Below, one piece after another: positions 41,367 to 49,800 of a stretch of 64,000 bases of DNA. Within the stretch, counting starts at the first letter, position 1. Every line of letters starts with the position of its first letter. The position numbers and the translations under genes are program-made. The notes beneath the pieces are model-generated. The model was given only the letters and a program-made list of their open reading frames with translations, made no database searches and was not told the DNA's origin. Source of the stretch: a virus. The DNA is taken from positions 7,803-71,802 of IMG/VR virus record IMGVR_UViG_3300032053_000050, one strand, 5' to 3'.

Positions 41367-41450
41367 ATCGTTGTGGCAGAGTGGCTTATCGCACCTCTTT
41401 CATAAGGAGGACTCTATATGAGCACGCTGGTTCGAATCCAGCCAACGATA
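41367..41450 (+). tRNA. tRNA-Met/Ile2(CAT), long variable arm
   Basis: cctct..tcataa-ggagg; atcgttg/caacgat. Confidence 0.75.
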
Positions 41451-41451
41451 C

Positions 41452-41589
41452 TAAACTGTAGTAAACTAGCGAGTTACTTCGTACTCAAACGATCAGAGAA
41501 AGTTCAATTCTTTCATCCAGCTCCAAATATTTGCTGGATTAGTGTAACGGTAGCACAATAAAAATACTCAAGGTAAATTTCTCAGTTTA
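41452..41589 (+). ncRNA. Y-like RNA 4, YrlA-type (Y stem plus permuted tRNA module)
   Basis: Y stem encloses T arm gaaag-ttcaatt-ctttc, loop-closed acceptor atccagc/gctggat, then D arm gtgt-aacggta-gcac. Confidence 0.85.
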
Positions 41590-41593
41590 AAAT

Positions 41594-41669
41594 GGGGAAT
41601 GGGATTGCTAGGGTGATCATCTCACTTGCAATGAGAAATAACAGACGGTTTCGAATACCGTATTCTCCA
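41594..41669 (+). tRNA. tRNA-Ala(TGC)
   Basis: tctca-cttgcaa-tgaga; G3:U70 present. Confidence 0.85.
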
Positions 41670-41689
41670 CTAAAAACTTAATTATAAGT

Positions 41690-41975
41690 TTAAATGATAG
41701 TTATTTAGGTTCAGGAAAAATTTTAGAATTAGCCATTAAAAAATATGGTAAACATAATTTTAAAAAAGAAATTTTGTTTATTTTTGATGATGAATCGAAA
41801 ATGAATGAAAAAGAAAAAGAGTTAGTATCTGAATTATATATTTCTAGTTCTGAAAATTATAATGAAACTAGGAAAAAATATCCGATAAAGCAAAACAAAG
41901 AATAAGTTTAAGGGGAACATCATTAGAAACAAAACATAAAATTTCTGAAAGTCTTAAAAAATACAATAAAAATAA
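41690..41975 (+). pseudogene. Degraded GIY-YIG endonuclease
   Basis: DSYLGSGKILELAIKKYGKHNFKKEIL...NYN, then frame disrupted. Confidence 0.75.
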
Positions 41976-41981
41976 AAATAT

Positions 41982-42053
41982 TGCGGGTTAGTTTAGTGGT
42001 GAGAGGCGAGTCTCATAAGCTTCGCAGCGGCAGTTCGAATCTGTCACCCGCTA
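41982..42053 (+). tRNA. tRNA-Met(CAT), initiator-like
   Basis: ctcataa loop; mismatched 1:72 pair. Confidence 0.75.
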
Positions 42054-42058
42054 CTTTT

Positions 42059-42132
42059 AGTGCGTTAGTTCAGTTGGTTAGAATGCTAGATTGTCACTCT
42101 AGCGGTCACGGATTCGAGTTCCGTACGCACTG
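42059..42132 (+). tRNA. tRNA-Asp(GTC)
   Basis: ctaga-ttgtcac-tctag. Confidence 0.92.
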
Positions 42133-42271
42133 CAACCGTGAGAAGACTAGGAGGATTTTGGCCCTTGATTGTAGAGCTTACACAGTCTTATGCCAATAAG
42201 GCATTTTTTAAAAACTTAACAAAAAGTTAATAGTTCAAAACTTTTTTATTTTAGCGTATATAAAATATAAA

Positions 42272-42997
42272 ATGAAATGCGAAAACTGTAGTAAAGAACA
42301 TGATGGAACTTATGGTTCTGGAAGATTTTGTTCAAACAAATGCGCAAGAGGATTTAGTACAAAGGCAAAAAGAAAAGATATTAATTTATTAGTAAGTAAA
42401 TCACTTAAAGGTTGTGGAAATAATAAAATTGAAAAAAACTGCCCAGAATGTGGAAAAAAGTTTATTGTAAATTGGAATAAAAGACATATTAAAACATGTT
42501 CTAGGAAATGCGGAATTTCTTTAAAATTTAAAACAAATCCTAATTTGAAAAGCATTCTTTCAGCAGCTAGAATAAAATATATTGAAAAGGGCATAACTAA
42601 TGGTTCTGGAATAAAATGTTTATATAATTTTAATAATAAAAATATTAAATGTGATTCGAAATTAGAACATAATTGTTTAACATATTTTGAAAAAAACTAT
42701 AAAGTTTTAGATATATCAAGAGCTAATATTGAAATTCCATATCACTATAATAATGAAAGCCATATTTTTTTACCTGATTTTAAAATAACTACTATAGATG
42801 GAATTTACATAGTGGAATGTAAATCTGAAAAAATTGGAACATATCTTCAAAAAAAATGGATAGGATATATTGAAACGGCAAAAATTAAAAAAGAGAAATT
42901 AAAAGAATTTTGTGAAAATAATAATTTTATATTTTTCTGGTTTACGCAAAATACTAAAGACCTTGTATCCGTAATTGGTTCCGGACCTGACTCTTAA
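42272..42997 (+). CDS. Zn-finger plus TnsA-like PD-(D/E)xK endonuclease (probable homing endonuclease)
   Basis: CENC..HDGTYGSGRFCS..C, DSKLE, IPY, FLPDF, VECK; stop codon lies inside tRNA-Lys. Confidence 0.75.
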   Translation: MKCENCSKEHDGTYGSGRFCSNKCARGFSTKAKRKDINLLVSKSLKGCGNNKIEKNCPECGKKFIVNWNKRHIKTCSRKCGISLKFKTNPNLKSILSAARIKYIEKGITNGSGIKCLYNFNNKNIKCDSKLEHNCLTYFEKNYKVLDISRANIEIPYHYNNESHIFLPDFKITTIDGIYIVECKSEKIGTYLQKKWIGYIETAKIKKEKLKEFCENNNFIFFWFTQNTKDLVSVIGSGPDS

Positions 42998-43032
42998 TCA
43001 GGGACATGAGGGTTCGAATCCCTTCGAGGTCA
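42959..43032 (+). tRNA. tRNA-Lys(CTT)
   Basis: cctga-ctcttaa-tcagg. Confidence 0.85.
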
Positions 43033-43037
43033 CAAAT

Positions 43038-43118
43038 GTTTATATCGTACTTAAAAATGGAAAGACACCGGCAATTGTATTATGGCCGGAGATGAGGGTT
43101 CAAATCCCTTTATAAACT
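43038..43118 (+). ncRNA. tRNA-like RNA with 12-nt anticodon loop
   Basis: gtttata/tataaac; ccggc-aattgtattatg-gccgg; T arm gaggg-ttcaaat-ccctt. Confidence 0.6.
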
Positions 43119-43123
43119 CTATT

Positions 43124-43213
43124 GGTCGTAGGAGCTGCTTGGTGTGGCTGCCGGACTGTCACTCCGGAACAGATAAACAATCTGACAGGTGGGTTCGAAT
43201 CCCATTACGACCG
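43124..43213 (+). tRNA. tRNA-Asp(GTC), long variable arm
   Basis: ccgga-ctgtcac-tccgg; cagat-aaaca-atctg arm. Confidence 0.85.
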
Positions 43214-43214
43214 C

Positions 43215-43296
43215 GCGGAATAGTATCAAAAGTAGAATACCTATTGTAATAGTGCACTAAAGAATAGGAGGTGTCGGTTCAAATCCGACTGAAGCA
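43215..43296 (+). ncRNA. tRNA-like RNA with enlarged anticodon loop and weak acceptor
   Basis: cctatt-17nt-aatagg; T arm gtcgg-ttcaaat-ccgac. Confidence 0.45.
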
Positions 43297-43299
43297 CAT

Positions 43300-43370
43300 A
43301 GGGGTATGGTGCAATGGTAGCATATCGGTCTCCAAAACCGCAGATCTGGATTCGACTTCTAGTACCCCTG
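43300..43370 (+). tRNA. tRNA-Trp(CCA)
   Basis: cggt-ctccaaa-accg. Confidence 0.9.
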
Positions 43371-43372
43371 CA

Positions 43373-43475
43373 AATCTGTAGTAAAATAAGAGTTACATCG
43401 TTGGTTAATCACTGGTTCGAATCCAGTATCAAGCGCAAAGCTTAGTATTCACACTCTTTTTGAATTTCTCAGATT
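43373..43475 (+). ncRNA. Y-like RNA 5 with T arm and mini acceptor hairpin
   Basis: aatctg-tagtaa...gagt-tacatcg; actgg-ttcgaat-ccagt; aagc-gcaaa-gctt; actc...aatttct-cagatt. Confidence 0.8.
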
Positions 43476-43479
43476 ATAT

Positions 43480-43563
43480 GGGGAGGTAGCCGGAGTGGCG
43501 AACGGTCCTGGCTGTTAACCAGACGTAGAAATACCATCGCAGGTTCGAGTCCTGCCCAAAACG
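43480..43563 (+). pseudogene. tRNA-Asn(GTT) with broken acceptor stem
   Basis: ctgg-ctgttaa-ccag and T arm intact; 3' acceptor strand unpaired. Confidence 0.6.
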
Positions 43564-43597
43564 CAAAACTTAATTACTTTAGTGTCATATAAAATAT

Positions 43598-44134
43598 ATG
43601 ACACATATATGTAAATATTGTAATGCAGAATTTGATACAGGCCCGCATTTAGGCAATCATGTTAGAAGTTGTAAATTACATCCCAATCATGATGAAAGAA
43701 TTAGAAAAATTTCTGAAACATGGTTAGGAAAACATCATTCTGAAAAAACAAAAAAACAATTATCTAATTCTGGAAAATTGGCACATAAAGAAGGAAGAGC
43801 ATGGAATATAGGAATGAGCAGATGGAATAATGAAGCATCGTATCCTGAAAAATTCTTTATGAAAGTAATTGAAAATGAATTTGATGATAAAGAATATAAA
43901 AAAGAATACAATGTTGGAATTTACTCTCTTGATTTTGCATGGATTAATAAGAAAAAAGTTATAGAAATTGATGGCGATCAACACCAACATTTTGAAGAAT
44001 ATAAAGAAAGAGATAAAAGAAAAGACGCATATTTGATAAATGAAGGTTGGACAATTTTAAGAATACCTTGGAAAGATATGTGTGATAACACAAAAGAGCA
44101 AATTCAAATATGTAAGAATTTTATAATGGGGTAA
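43598..44134 (+). CDS. DUF559/Vsr-like endonuclease with Zn finger and NUMOD3
   Basis: YSLDFA, IEIDGDQH, RDKRKD..L...GWTILRI.W. Confidence 0.85.
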   Translation: MTHICKYCNAEFDTGPHLGNHVRSCKLHPNHDERIRKISETWLGKHHSEKTKKQLSNSGKLAHKEGRAWNIGMSRWNNEASYPEKFFMKVIENEFDDKEYKKEYNVGIYSLDFAWINKKKVIEIDGDQHQHFEEYKERDKRKDAYLINEGWTILRIPWKDMCDNTKEQIQICKNFIMG

Positions 44135-44277
44135 TAGCTCAATGGTAGAGCAATTGGCTGTACACAGATAGAAGTATCTGAAAAAATACTTTAGATGAAG
44201 TCTTATGAAGTTAAAGAATTCATAATTCTCTTCATCTACTAACCAATAGGTTCGGGGTTCGATACCCTGTTACCCCG
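44128..44277 (+). tRNA. tRNA-Asn(GTT) interrupted by a 78-nt insert in the anticodon loop
   Basis: ggggtaa/ttacccc-G; attggctgt [44162-44239] taaccaat. Confidence 0.7.
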
Positions 44278-44363
44278 CAAAAAGAAAAAATATTGATATG
44301 GGTAGGTCGGATGGGAAGCAGGAAATGTTACGCTAGCTCTTATAAAGTAGTATCAATATTAAC

Positions 44364-44436
44364 GGGCGTATCGTCTAACCGGTTAGGACGCATCTCTGAT
44401 AAGGATGTAATGAAGATTCGAACTCTTCTATGCCCA
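44364..44436 (+). tRNA. tRNA-Ile(GAT)
   Basis: catct-ctgataa-ggatg. Confidence 0.85.
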
Positions 44437-44508
44437 CTCCTAGATAAGTTCCCTTTTGCGCTTAAAAAAGATATATGGCTCTGGGTTTCTCTATTTTATA
44501 AATATAAT

Positions 44509-44745
44509 ATGGAAGATATAGAAAAATTAAAAGAAGAAAATGAAGATTTGAAAACTAAGTTAACAGATCTAATATTTGAAATGAATTACAATAAACAAAC
44601 TGAACTTATTGAATTTCTAAGAGAAATATACGAAAGTGTAAAAGAGGAACTTAATAATGATAGTAATTTTAGTAAAATAGAAGTACTTTTTAGTTTGAAG
44701 AAAAGCATTGAAGAATTTGCAAAAAATAGCAGAATACAAATTTAA
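44509..44745 (+). CDS. Hypothetical coiled-coil protein
   Basis: MEDIEKLKEE... (the longer ORF in the track overlaps tRNA-Ile). Confidence 0.55.
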   Translation: MEDIEKLKEENEDLKTKLTDLIFEMNYNKQTELIEFLREIYESVKEELNNDSNFSKIEVLFSLKKSIEEFAKNSRIQI

Positions 44746-44747
44746 TC

Positions 44748-44820
44748 GGCCCTATAGTGTAGTGGTTAAGCACGCGACCCTTACAAGATCGTAGCCATGA
44801 TTCGAATTCATGTGGGGCTA
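44748..44820 (+). tRNA. tRNA-Val(TAC)
   Basis: cgacc-cttacaa-gatcg. Confidence 0.85.
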
Positions 44821-45212
44821 CTAACCATGTAAAAGATAAATAGTTCAAATTTTTCATGAATATATGAAGAACAGCGTTTAAGTTATAAAATTTGTTATAA
44901 TTTTAGAAGATTTAAAAAAATAGTGTTATGTGAAACATGTAGGTGGGGTTCGATTCCCTCACCTTACAATAAATATATAAAATAAAACCATGATAACTCT
45001 ATTAAGTATATTAGAATGGTTTCTTGGAAAATAGGATTATATATAATGATAGATAATGGTAGTTACTGATTATAATGGAGGAACAACTTTTAAAGTGGTA
45101 AAAGATGAAAATAAGACTAACTAAAAAAGATACAAAAATTTTATTTGATGAATTAGAAAATCCATCAAAACCAAATAAAGCTTTGAAAAAAGCTGCTTTA
45201 AAATATTTAAAT

Positions 45213-45285
45213 GGTGTTATTAGTGTTAGCGGTAGCACGTCTGTTTGTGAAGCAGATAGGCTCGATTCGAATTCGAGATAACACC
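45213..45285 (+). tRNA. tRNA-His(GTG)
   Basis: tctgt-ttgtgaa-gcaga; G-1 and C73. Confidence 0.88.
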
Positions 45286-45327
45286 CAATTTTAAGATATT
45301 AAAACGTGTCTTAGAAATAAGACTATT

Positions 45328-45535
45328 TATGAGAGACTGTTGACTGGACCCGGGGGCAGAATCCGGCATCTCCACTAATATAAAAATCTTTGGGGATGAT
45401 TTAGGTTTGACAGCAACATAGAAGTAGTAAAGATAGTTTTAATAACGCAAGTAAACGGCGAAAATAGTTACAAATTACAAATGGCGGCTTAGAGTCTTTA
45501 TTTGTAGGTGTAGGACCCTACCAAAGTGGGTCCAA
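45328..45535 (+). ncRNA. ssrA: Circularly permuted (two-piece) tmRNA
   Basis: Acceptor 3' piece ccggg-ggcagaa-tccgg-catctcc-a (ends 45374) lies upstream of GGGGATG..GGTTTGAC (45392); G3:U70; tag GENSYKLQMAA* at 45457-45492; outer ends approximate. Confidence 0.85.
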
Positions 45536-45537
45536 CC

Positions 45538-45611
45538 AAGCCCGTAGCATAACTGAATAATGCATTTCGCTACGAACGAAAAAATTGAGAGTTTGAGTCT
45601 CTCCGGGCTTA
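45538..45611 (+). tRNA. tRNA-Arg(ACG)
   Basis: tttcg-ctacgaa-cgaaa. Confidence 0.85.
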
Positions 45612-45629
45612 CAATTTTTCTTAATGTTT

Positions 45630-45703
45630 CCTCTGGTGGCATAATTGGTTGGCGCAGAAGTCTTATATACTTAAGGTTGTGGGTTCGAGTCCCACTCAGA
45701 GGA
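45630..45703 (+). tRNA. tRNA-Ile(TAT)
   Basis: aagt-cttatat-actt. Confidence 0.8.
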
Positions 45704-45712
45704 CAATTAATT

Positions 45713-45787
45713 GACCTGATAACTCAATTTGAATAGAGTAATAGCCTTCTAAGCTATAAGTTGTGAGTTTGAGTCTCACTCAGGTCA
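45713..45787 (+). tRNA. tRNA-Arg(TCT)
   Basis: atagc-cttctaa-gctat. Confidence 0.88.
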
Positions 45788-45841
45788 CAAATAAATGCCA
45801 ATATGTTTTTTTCTATCAAAAATTAGTATTATATTTGTACT

Positions 45842-46816
45842 ATGAAACGATGTATTATTATATTCATAGTATTTTTAGTGTTTGTTAATATCTTTGGGCA
45901 AGATCCTACTTTTTCTCAGTTTTACGCTAATAAACTATATCTAGCTCCTTCATTTGTGGGGGCTGTAGAAGATTATCGATTTACTGTAAATTATAGAAAT
46001 CAGTGGCCAGGAATATCACATATTTATAATACATATAGTGTTTCTTTTGATAAATCATTACCAAATTTTAATTCAGGTATTGGATTTTTAGCTACATATG
46101 ATATAGCTGGGTCTGGAAATTTAAGTACAACAAATATTGGAGTTCTTTATTCTTATGATGTTAAACTTAATAATAAATGGCGCATAAGACCCGGAATTAA
46201 TTTTAAATTCTATTATTTAGGATTAGATATAAATAAATTGATATTTAATAGTGGAGTAAATAATAATATTCCACCAGTTAATCCACCAATCTTTAATAAT
46301 ATAGCAGATATAGATTTAACTGCATCAGTTATAACTTATAATGATAGAATATGGGGAGGTGTTACTTTTGATCATATATTAACTCCAAAAACATCATTTT
46401 ATGAAGGAAGAACTACATTGCCTATAAAATTTAATGCTTTTGGTGGAATACAATTAATAAAACAAGAAAGATTAATAAATAAAAAACCTGATATTGTTTC
46501 GATAGCAACGAATTTTCAAACACAAGGAAAATTTTATCAAACAGATATTGGAGTTTATTATTTAAGAAGTCCTTTATTATTTGGATTATGGTACAGAGGA
46601 ATTCCGTTAATTAGTAATCAAGTAGGAGATGCGGTTATTGGCTTAATAGGAATAAAAACAAAAAATATTTTTATAGGATATAGTTACGATATAACAATAT
46701 CTTCTTTAAATAAATCAACAAATGGAGCTCATGAAGTATCATTTATTTATGAATTTAATAGTTTTAATATACAAGGAAAACAACGAATGAGAGCTCTTCC
46801 TTGTCCAGAATTTTAA
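45842..46816 (+). CDS. PorP/SprF-family type IX secretion outer-membrane protein
   Basis: QDPTFSQFY...LAPSFVG, YRNQW, IGYSYD, GAHEVS, C-terminal PCPEF. Confidence 0.88.
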   Translation: MKRCIIIFIVFLVFVNIFGQDPTFSQFYANKLYLAPSFVGAVEDYRFTVNYRNQWPGISHIYNTYSVSFDKSLPNFNSGIGFLATYDIAGSGNLSTTNIGVLYSYDVKLNNKWRIRPGINFKFYYLGLDINKLIFNSGVNNNIPPVNPPIFNNIADIDLTASVITYNDRIWGGVTFDHILTPKTSFYEGRTTLPIKFNAFGGIQLIKQERLINKKPDIVSIATNFQTQGKFYQTDIGVYYLRSPLLFGLWYRGIPLISNQVGDAVIGLIGIKTKNIFIGYSYDITISSLNKSTNGAHEVSFIYEFNSFNIQGKQRMRALPCPEF

Positions 46817-46876
46817 TTAATAATTTTTTTATATTGGGAATATATATCACAAAGTAACTAAAATAAGTGCTTATGT

Positions 46877-49800
46877 GTGAAAAAATTATTAATTTTATTA
46901 TGTTCAATATTTTTTTATATTACAACTAATGCTACAACTTATTATGTTGCAACAACGGGAAGTAATAGTAATACAGGAACTTCAACATCTCCATGGCTAA
47001 ATCTTTCTTATGCTTGTTCACGAATAACTACGTCTGGTGATATAATTCATATTAATGCTGGAACTTATAATGAATCCACTATCAGTAATTTAGCAGTAGG
47101 AGTAAGTATAGAAGGAGATAATAAATCTACTACTATCATACGTTCAAATTTAACATCAGTGGGTTCATATACAATACTACTTTCTAGTAGTTTGTCAAAT
47201 ACTAATGGTAATCAACATATTAGTAACTTAACTTTGAGAAGTACTACTTCATATGCAGCATATGCTGCTATAGGAGTGCTTAAAAGAGGTAATGTTGAAA
47301 TTTATAATTGTGATATTATTGATTTTAATTATTATGCTGTAGCTTTTCATAATGGAGAACAAACAGGTGTATATGCTGTGGGTAATAAAATACACGACTG
47401 TATTATAAAGGATTGTGGTGGATATATTGGAATATATGGTTCGGGTGGTGATGCTGCAGGTGCTTTAAGTATTCTTTCTCAAGATGGACTTCAGATTTAT
47501 AATAACACAATAACAATAGCTAGGCCTAATGGTATGAATGGCAATTGCATAGATGGTGTTGAAGGGTTTATTAAAAATATGAAAGTATATAATAATATTT
47601 TATCCAAGACTCTTGTTGTTGGTACTACTCCATGGGATTTTGCAATTGAAATATGGAATTGGGAAGGTGGAAATGAAATATATAATAATGTTATTACGGG
47701 TTCTGTTGATGTTCAATATGCAATTAAAGGTACATCAACCTATAGTGCATGGATTCATGATAATATTATAGGACAATCTATTCTAAAACAACAACAATCA
47801 GTTCGTGGAGTATTACTTGAAATATGGAATTCAGATGTTATAATAGAACGAAATTATATACATCATGTGGCTCAAGGTGTTTTTATGAGAACTCATGGAA
47901 CTACAGTTTGCACTCAAAATAATATCACAGTTCGTTATAATGTATTTGATAATATAGGTGCTGCGTCTGGTACTATTTCTCCGAGTGGGTGGGGATTTTA
48001 TTGCTCACAAGAAGATTTAAGTAATGATAATCTAAATAATTTTAAATTTTATAATAATACTGTAATTGCTAGTACATCTGGAGTAACAACATCTTGGGGA
48101 GTTAGTATTCCTGATCTTGGTAAAGCAATTAATGTTACTATAAACAACAATATAATAAAGGGTTTTGCTGGTGCACCAATTAGAGGTAATGGATGGAATC
48201 AAGGAACATCTGTAAATGGACTTGCAATATTTAATAATATATTTTATAATAATGGTAATAATAATGATCCTAATTTAACAGCTACTGGATTTACTGCTAC
48301 AAATGTAACAGGATTATCTCCTCAAACTAATCTTAAAACAGATCCACAATTTATTAATAATTTAACAGATTATCATTTAACTACAGCACGTGTGGGATTA
48401 TATATAACGTCAGGTCTAACTGATAAAGATGGTGTTACAGTAGCTAATCCTCCAACCATAGGTGCATATGAATTTATGGGAAGTACATCTATTCCTACAG
48501 TTACTACAACATTAATATCTACTATAACAATAAATAGTGCATCAGGCGGTGGAAATGTAACTGCTGATGGAGGATTAAGTGTTACAGCCAGGGGTGTTTG
48601 TTGGAATACTTCAACTAATCCTACTATTGTTAATTCACATACAACAAATGGAACAGGTACGGGTGTATTTACAAGTTCATTAACGGGATTAAATCCTGGT
48701 ATACATTATTATGTTAGAGCTTATGCTATAAATGCTGCTGGTACTGCTTATGGTTCAGAAGTTACATTCGATACTAGTCCAGATATAACATTAGCTACTA
48801 TTACTACATCTTCTATTACTAATATATTTTCTGCTAGTGCAACCGGTGGAGGTACTGTAGTTCATGATGGAAATTCAAATGTTACAGCAAGAGGTATATG
48901 CTGGAGTACAAGTTCAACACCTACACTTTCAAATTCATATACAATAGATGGAACAGGAGAAGGAACATTTATTAGCACTTTAATTAATTTAGTTGCTAAT
49001 ACAACATATTATGTTAGAGCATATGCTACAAATTCTCTCGGTGTAGCTTATGGTAATCAAGTTTCATTTGTTACTACAGGAAATATTTTTTATGTATCAG
49101 TTTCTGGAAATGATAGTTCTATTGGTACTTCATTAACTACAGCATTTAAAACTATTCAAAGAGGAATAACTGCAATTACAGCTCCTGGTGATTCATTATA
49201 TATTCGTGGAGGAACATATTCACCTACAGCTACTTCTGGAAATGGAGCTTATAATGCTGTATATATAAGTTCTAAAAATGGTACAATAGCAAATGAAATT
49301 TTAATTTCAGCATATAATAATGAAGTAGTAACTATTGATGGTGTAAATATCACACAAGCTGGAGAAAAAAGAGGTATACAAATTGTAAATTGTTCTTATA
49401 TAAAAATTAAAGGAATAACTGTACAGAATATTCATGAACATGAGTATGCTGGTCCAGCAGATAGTATATATGGAACATCATCTAATCATATAACAATTGA
49501 ACAATGTACTGTAACTAAATGTGGTAATGGATTTAGATTTAACGGCGCGTGTGATTACATATATTATATAAATTGCGATGCATATGATAATTGGGATTAT
49601 TATAATAATGGATTGTTTGCTAATGGATTTAATGCAAATATAAATGCGGGTATGCATCAATATATGACCGGATGTCGAGCATGGTATAACTCTAATAACG
49701 GTTATGATTATACTTTAGGTGGCGGATTTATTACAATGACTAATTGTTGGGCTTTCAGAAATGGACGTACATCATATTATTCTAATATAGATAGTTCAGC

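Noticed and set aside
18779-45238. Track ORFs overlapping tRNA arrays (18779-, 20909-, 41137-, 41981+, 44293+ start, 45011-)
   Set aside because: Shadow frames across RNA genes
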